A stretch of DNA of 60,464 nt from Chitinophaga pinensis (GTDB lineage: Bacteria > Bacteroidota > Bacteroidia > Chitinophagales > Chitinophagaceae), in assembly GCA_943370345.1 (NCBI GenBank), contig CALRQQ020000001.1:1-60464 (forward strand), given 5' to 3'. The number at the start of each line of letters is the position of its first letter. Positions within the stretch are counted from its first letter, which is position 1. The translations under genes were made by a program, and so were the position numbers. A model generated the notes under the pieces. The model was not told the DNA's origin. It searched no databases and saw nothing but the letters and a program-made list of their open reading frames with translations. Shown piece by piece: positions 54,795-60,464 of this stretch.

Positions 54795-56345
54795 CTACTT
54801 TGCGGGTATATTCTTTTCTGCCCTTACTTTTTTCTCCACGTATTGTCTGTAAGAGATCCGCAGCACCCTGCTTTGCAGCCAGCCTTCGAAGTTGAAAATG
54901 GCAAAAGCCCGTTGCTGGATGGGATTTTTTTTATTTTCCTCCAGCTGTTCAAGTGCTTTTTTATATTCAGTGCTTTTCTTTTTTTGTTCGGTCATATAGA
55001 AACTCCGGTGCAGGCACTGGATCAGGGCCGTTTCAAAGACCTCTTTCTTTTTACGTTTATAGAAGAACTGGTAGGTGGCCCTGTATTGGGCATCGAATAA
55101 ACGTGGATTATTGAGGCACCAGGTGATCAGCAACAACAATACCTGGCCTACTGTAAAGTGCTCTTCCCTTGTACCTTCCGGAAAGGCCGTGATCGCTCTC
55201 CGTGTAAAGAACAGGGCGTCTTCGTACTCTTCGAGTGCAAAACAACCGACCCCCATGGAAAAACTCAGCGTGCTGTTGAGTTCTTCATTCAACGAAGGTT
55301 CCCAGCTGGTATAATTTGCTTTCATCAGGTTCAGCAGCTTACCAACCTCTTCATATTGTGCTGTTTTATTGTAGATCTTATTAAGGGCCAGGTAACGGTT
55401 TACTTCAAAATAAGCCCGGTGTGAGGGATCGGTGATCTGTTTGTTCAGGGGGTCATTGAAAACAGCCGTTACATAGTCATACTCACCGTGCAGGATCCCG
55501 GCATAATTGATCATGTATAAAAGCTCTATATAGAATTCCCCATGGGTGGCTATGAAATTGTCATGCTTTTTCCAGTTATTGAAATGGGTTTTCAATATAG
55601 CCATGGCGGCATCCATATCATTCAGCAGGTATTGAAGGGTAGCCTTACTCATCAGGTAATAATGCCGGTACCAAAATGAATGCCCCTGTTGTACCGTGCC
55701 GGTACGGTTGACTCTTTCCAGTAAGGTATGAATGGTGTCCAGCAAATGGCTGTCCTGGCCGAAATGCGTTTTCTTTTTCAGCAGTAAGGTTTCTGTATAA
55801 ATATCCCGCAGTGTGATCAGCTCCGCATATTCCGTATAGGTGATTACATTTTGTTTGAAGATATCCAGCAATTCATCCTGGTCAGAAAGAGATGGACTGA
55901 AGATGACCATTTTTTCAAACTCCGTTTTCAGGAGGTTGAGCATGGCAAAGGCTTCCCGGTAACGGGCCAGCTGCACGGCTTTTTTCCAGATGGCAAAAGC
56001 TTCCACAAACAACCCTTTTTTCCGGTAAATGCGGATCAGCTGTATACTGGTGTATACATCTTTCCCCGGATCCCGGATGACTTCGTATTGAACGAGGGCA
56101 TCACTCAGCTGTTTTTGCAGGTAGTTTTTCTGTGAGGCAATATTTTTTTTATTCAGAGCGGGACTGAATTTTTCCAATAGGGCCTTTTCATCATATACTT
56201 TTTGTGCAGCAAGCGCATCAAAGAGCCGGATATAAAGCAGGTCATCCGTGACAGTGGCAGGAATAAAATTCCGCTTAAAATAAAGCCTTTCATTCCGGCT
56301 GAGGGAATGAATTAATTGCCATAAAAATGCGGAGGGTGCTTTCAT
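54795..56345 (-). CDS. Conserved hypothetical all-helical protein
   Basis: 516-aa ORF with N-terminal LWQLIHSLSRNERLYFK and TPR-like helices; no assignable function. Confidence 0.7.
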   Translation of the reverse strand: MKAPSAFLWQLIHSLSRNERLYFKRNFIPATVTDDLLYIRLFDALAAQKVYDEKALLEKFSPALNKKNIASQKNYLQKQLSDALVQYEVIRDPGKDVYTSIQLIRIYRKKGLFVEAFAIWKKAVQLARYREAFAMLNLLKTEFEKMVIFSPSLSDQDELLDIFKQNVITYTEYAELITLRDIYTETLLLKKKTHFGQDSHLLDTIHTLLERVNRTGTVQQGHSFWYRHYYLMSKATLQYLLNDMDAAMAILKTHFNNWKKHDNFIATHGEFYIELLYMINYAGILHGEYDYVTAVFNDPLNKQITDPSHRAYFEVNRYLALNKIYNKTAQYEEVGKLLNLMKANYTSWEPSLNEELNSTLSFSMGVGCFALEEYEDALFFTRRAITAFPEGTREEHFTVGQVLLLLITWCLNNPRLFDAQYRATYQFFYKRKKKEVFETALIQCLHRSFYMTEQKKKSTEYKKALEQLEENKKNPIQQRAFAIFNFEGWLQSRVLRISYRQYVEKKVRAEKNIPAK

Positions 56346-56496
56346 GAATTAATGCTTCCGGCAGATGAAAATACAAAATAAGAATTCATGCACAAAATAT
56401 AAGAGTCATATTTTATTTCATAAATTACTGTAAATCATAGCATTAATTTATTTTTTTCCTGAAAGAGGTCAGTTATGAACCCGATAACAGGAGAAT

Positions 56497-56526
56497 AAAA
56501 AAAACGCCCGGCATGTGCCGGGCGTT
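56497..56526 (-). terminator. Intrinsic terminator downstream of carB
   Basis: AACGCCCGGCA-tg-TGCCGGGCGTT with a U-run on the minus strand. Confidence 0.85.
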
Positions 56527-56622
56527 AGATTTGTTATGCATTGATTTTATAAGCCAACCTCTTTATTTTATTATACCCGTTCCAACCACGGGGGTTCCAT
56601 CAGAGGCCATTACCCATTAACC

Positions 56623-56654
56623 AGCTGTACCACTAATCAGGTACAGCTTTTTTT
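56623..56654 (+). terminator. Plus-strand-oriented terminator-like hairpin abutting the carB stop
   Basis: AGCTGTACC-8nt-GGTACAGCT followed by a T-run on the + strand. Confidence 0.55.
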
Positions 56655-59478
56655 ATTTACTCAGGTACATACTGCGGTCTTTGTACAGCTGACGGAAATA
56701 CGGGTCACGCAGGTTCTTGATAAAACGGATGGCTTCACCGGTGGATTTCATTTCAGGACCGAGCTCCTTATTCACCCCCGGAAATTTATTAAAACTGAAT
56801 ACCGGTTCCTTGATGGCGAAACCGTCCAGTACTTTTTCTTCCGGAATATCCTGCACTTTCATTTCACCCAGCATTACTTTAGTCGCGTAATTCAGGTAAG
56901 GCTTGTTGTACGCCTTTGCAATGAACGGCGTGGTACGGGAAGCCCTCGGGTTGGCCTCGATCACATATACTTTCCCTTCTTTGATAGCAAACTGTATATT
57001 GAGCAGTCCCTTTACATTCAGCTTCAGGGCGATCTTCTTGGCATAGTCCACCATATCCTGTACTTCCAGCGGGGTGAGGTTGAAGTAAGGCAGTACGGCA
57101 TTACTGTCACCACTATGGATACCGGCCGGTTCAATATGCTCCATGATACCCATTACGTGGAATTTCTCCCCGTCACAGATCGCATCGATCTCGGCTTCCT
57201 GGCAACGATCCAGGAAATGATCCACGAGGATCTTGTTACCGGGAATATGTTTGAGCAGACTTACTACCGCCTTTTCCACTTCATCGTCATTGATCACGAT
57301 CCGCATCCGCTGACCACCGAGTACATAAGAAGGACGGACAAGCACCGGGTAACCAACTTTATTGGCCACTTCAATGGCTTCATCCACATCCCAGGCAGTA
57401 CCGTAAGCGGGATAAGGAATATCTAACTCTTTCAGCATATCACTGAAACGGCCACGGTCTTCAGCGATATCTAAGCTGTCATAAGAAGTACCAATGATCC
57501 GAACCCCTTTCTGGGTCAGTTTCTCTGCCAGCTTCAGCGCGGTTTGTCCGCCGAGCTGTACGATCACCCCATAAGGTTTCTCATGTTCAATGATCTCCCA
57601 GAGATGTTCCCAGTAAACCGGTTCGAAGTAGAGTTTATCGGCCATGTCAAAATCCGTACTCACCGTTTCGGGGTTACAGTTGACCATGATCGCTTCGTAA
57701 CCACATTCTTTGATCGCTAATAATCCGTGCACACAACAATAGTCGAATTCAATACCCTGGCCGATCCGGTTGGGACCGGAGCCGAGGACGATGATCTTTT
57801 TCCTGTCTGATACCTTGCTTTCATTGCCGTTGCCTCTTTCAAAGGTGGAATAGAAATAAGGGGTCTTGGCTTCAAACTCAGCCGAGCAGGTATCCACCAT
57901 TTTATACACCCGGGTGATACCGGCCTCTTTCCGTTTGTTGTATACATCCTCTTCATCGCCATGTTCGAGGATGCGGCTGATCTGCTCATCGCTGAAACCG
58001 TTGACCTTGGCTTCCCGCAACAGTTCAATCGGTAAGGTATCGAGGTCGTATTTGGCGATCTCTTTTTCCAGTGTACAGATCTTCTGGATCTCATACAGGA
58101 ACCAACGGTCAATACCATTGGTGGCTTTGGAGATCGTACCTACCGAAATACCGGCCATCAGGGCATCTTTGATCCGGAATATCCGGTCCCATTTCGGGGT
58201 CTTGATATATTCCAGCAACTCTTCAGCATGCATCATGCTCTTGCCATAATAGCCTAAACCTACCGCGTTATTCTCCAGACTCTGACAGGCTTTCTGGATC
58301 GCTTCGGTAAAGCTCCGGCCAATGGCCATGACTTCACCCACACTCTTCATCTGCAGACCAAGGGTATCATTGGCGCCTTTGAATTTATCAAAGTTCCAGC
58401 GCGGGATCTTTACGATCACGTAGTCGAGCGCCGGTTCAAAATAAGCGGAAGTGGTCTTGGTGATCTGGTTTTCCAGTTCATCCAGGTTGTAACCGATCGC
58501 GAGTTTGGCCGCGATCTTGGCAATAGGATACCCCGTGGCCTTACTGGCTAATGCAGAGGAACGGCTTACGCGCGGGTTGATCTCGATGGCAATGAGTTCT
58601 TCTGTATCCGGACTCATCGCAAACTGTACGTTACAACCACCGGCGAAATTGCCGAGGTCACGCATCATCATGATGGCGGTATTCCGCATCAGCTGCATAC
58701 CGGTATCGCTCAGGGTCATGGCCGGTGCCACGGTAATGGAGTCACCGGTATGTACGCCCATCGGGTCAAAGTTCTCAACTGTACAAATGATACATACATT
58801 GTCGGCCGCATCACGCAACAGTTCCAGCTCAAATTCCTTCCAGCCGAGTACGGCTTTTTCCACCAGTACTTCGTGAATGGGGGATGCCTGTAAACCACGG
58901 TTCAGGGCCTCATCCAGATCATCTTTATCATGCACGAAACCACCACCCGTTCCTCCAAGGGTAAAGGAGGGACGTATCACTAACGGGAAACCGATCTGCT
59001 GGGCAAATTCTTTTCCTTCGAGATAGGAGTTAGCTGTTTTGGCGGTGGCCACGGGTACCCCCAGCTGGATCATCCACTGGCGGAACTTTTCCCGGTCTTC
59101 GGCTTTATCAATGGCTTTGATATCCACCCCGATCAGGCGCACATTGTATTGTTTCCACAACCCCAGGTCCTCGGCCTCCTTGGCAAGGTTGAGGGCGGTT
59201 TGTCCGCCCATGGTGGGCAGCACCGCATCGATCTGGTTTTCCTGGAGGATCTGTTCGATGCTCTCCACGGTCAGGGGCAAAAGATAAACCCGGTCTGCCA
59301 TCATGGGGTCTGTCATAATGGTGGCCGGGTTACTATTAATAAGAATGACTTTGATCCCTTCTTCACGGAGACTCCGGGCTGCTTGTGTACCGGAATAGTC
59401 AAATTCACAGGCTTGTCCGATAATAATGGGACCGGATCCGATAATAAGCACCGATTTGATCGAATTGTCTTTTGGCAT
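56653..59478 (-). CDS. carB: Carbamoyl-phosphate synthase large subunit
   Basis: IGSGPIIIGQACEFDYSG, two ATP-grasp halves, EINPRVSRSSALASKATG and MKSTGE. Confidence 0.97.
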   Translation of the reverse strand: MPKDNSIKSVLIIGSGPIIIGQACEFDYSGTQAARSLREEGIKVILINSNPATIMTDPMMADRVYLLPLTVESIEQILQENQIDAVLPTMGGQTALNLAKEAEDLGLWKQYNVRLIGVDIKAIDKAEDREKFRQWMIQLGVPVATAKTANSYLEGKEFAQQIGFPLVIRPSFTLGGTGGGFVHDKDDLDEALNRGLQASPIHEVLVEKAVLGWKEFELELLRDAADNVCIICTVENFDPMGVHTGDSITVAPAMTLSDTGMQLMRNTAIMMMRDLGNFAGGCNVQFAMSPDTEELIAIEINPRVSRSSALASKATGYPIAKIAAKLAIGYNLDELENQITKTTSAYFEPALDYVIVKIPRWNFDKFKGANDTLGLQMKSVGEVMAIGRSFTEAIQKACQSLENNAVGLGYYGKSMMHAEELLEYIKTPKWDRIFRIKDALMAGISVGTISKATNGIDRWFLYEIQKICTLEKEIAKYDLDTLPIELLREAKVNGFSDEQISRILEHGDEEDVYNKRKEAGITRVYKMVDTCSAEFEAKTPYFYSTFERGNGNESKVSDRKKIIVLGSGPNRIGQGIEFDYCCVHGLLAIKECGYEAIMVNCNPETVSTDFDMADKLYFEPVYWEHLWEIIEHEKPYGVIVQLGGQTALKLAEKLTQKGVRIIGTSYDSLDIAEDRGRFSDMLKELDIPYPAYGTAWDVDEAIEVANKVGYPVLVRPSYVLGGQRMRIVINDDEVEKAVVSLLKHIPGNKILVDHFLDRCQEAEIDAICDGEKFHVMGIMEHIEPAGIHSGDSNAVLPYFNLTPLEVQDMVDYAKKIALKLNVKGLLNIQFAIKEGKVYVIEANPRASRTTPFIAKAYNKPYLNYATKVMLGEMKVQDIPEEKVLDGFAIKEPVFSFNKFPGVNKELGPEMKSTGEAIRFIKNLRDPYFRQLYKDRSMYLSK

Positions 59479-59600
59479 TTTTTGTTTTTAAAATGGTGAG
59501 CTGGCAATAATCGTTGCTGAAAAAACAAATTGCGCAAAAGTAGGGGAATCGAAGGGGATTGGCCCTTCCTTTTTTTAGAAAAATTTCCCCCTTCTATGGA

Positions 59601-60149
59601 TCAGGGCTGAAAGGAGGCCGGTTTAGGTATTTTCCGGTAGGACAGGGTAAACAAATCATCAAAAACATTCCGGTTTTGACTCATATCAAGCACCTGTTTC
59701 TTAAAATCTTCGGGGCGGGCAAAGTATTTACGGGTGGTAAAGGTTTCGGTGAGGGTCCGGACCTGCAAAGTGTCATGGCTCAGACTGTATGCAGAAAGGT
59801 ACCAGACCTTAGTGGGCTTGCCGTCAGGTCCGAGAGCGGCCAGATTCATGAAGGCTTGCTCCCGGATCCGGGAACTGAAAGCGGTGAAGAAGGCGGTATC
59901 CGGCAGGATCATATCCCCTTTAACTGTTTTTCCATACCGGATGACCTGGTAGAGGGAATCTGACTGCCGGCTGATTTCCAGGGCTTCAATGCCAAAATAG
60001 TCACTGCCGTCTTTTACAATACCATACCAGAAACCGATCAGGCTGCTGTCGATGGGTTCCACCGGTGCTTTTTCCAGGGGTACATTCGATTCGAACGGGC
60101 AGGCATACAATAAAATGGACAGGGGCAGGAGCCACAATAGTCGGATCAT
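59601..60149 (-). CDS. Hypothetical lipoprotein
   Basis: Signal peptide with lipobox LYAC. Confidence 0.7.
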   Translation of the reverse strand: MIRLLWLLPLSILLYACPFESNVPLEKAPVEPIDSSLIGFWYGIVKDGSDYFGIEALEISRQSDSLYQVIRYGKTVKGDMILPDTAFFTAFSSRIREQAFMNLAALGPDGKPTKVWYLSAYSLSHDTLQVRTLTETFTTRKYFARPEDFKKQVLDMSQNRNVFDDLFTLSYRKIPKPASFQP

Positions 60150-60190
60150 AAGAGGCGAAAAAGATACAAAATGTACGTCAGACCGAGGAA

Positions 60191-60463
60191 TTACCGGCTT
60201 TTCGGTTTTTTGCGTCGGGTATAGATCAACATACCGGCAAATCCGGCCAGAACGATCGTGCCGGCCAGGATCAGGTTATTGCGCCGGTTCCGGGCTTCCT
60301 GTTCCTTGTTTCGTCCGGTAAAACGATCGATCAGACCCATTATACCTTCGATTGAATCTTTTGCTTTGTCAGGGTTCGTTAATACTTTCAGGACTTCTTC
60401 TGCGATCTCTGCCTGCAATTTGCTCAGCTGACGATTATAATAATGCCCTTTCCAGGAAGGGAT
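60191..60463 (-). CDS. 3' part of a hypothetical membrane-anchored protein (cut by the window edge)
   Basis: Frame stays open to the window end (...IPSWKGHYYNRQLSKLQAEIAEE...); C-terminal TM helix and basic tail. Confidence 0.6.
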   Translation of the reverse strand: MPSWKGHYYNRQLSKLQAEIAEEVLKVLTNPDKAKDSIEGIMGLIDRFTGRNKEQEARNRRNNLILAGTIVLAGFAGMLIYTRRKKPKSR

Positions 60464-60464
60464 G

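Noticed and set aside
331-60321. Remaining short ORF-track entries overlapping assigned genes
   Set aside because: They lie antisense or out of frame within well-supported CDSs and show no family motifs.

Overview
Housekeeping-rich chromosomal segment of a Bacteroidota bacterium, most likely Chitinophagaceae-like (inferred from gldD/gldE/gldH, a susC/susD pair and TAnnTTTG-type -7 promoter elements). About 45 CDSs are supported, including psd, lpxD, pheS, mutL, holB, radA, rne/rng, HU, mutY, ssb, purH, comEC and carB, plus a 31-aa ribosomal bS22-like ORF missing from the ORF track. No rRNA, tRNA, CRISPR or prophage was recognised. The notable signal is non-coding. (1) A four-helix-bundle (23S-IVP/Avd-like) gene is bracketed by inverted arrays of 7-nt repeats. 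More than a dozen other 7-nt (and one 9-nt) arrays of different unit sequence but consistent polarity occur across the window, some as empty inverted pairs and some inside mutL, holB and dacB. (2) A Y1 HUH transposase sits beside four composite REP-like units, and tiny palindromes are inserted precisely into other repeats. (3) Two candidate small RNAs 25 kb apart carry perfectly complementary 15-nt single-stranded segments. All product calls come from motif and family recognition by eye, not from database searches.
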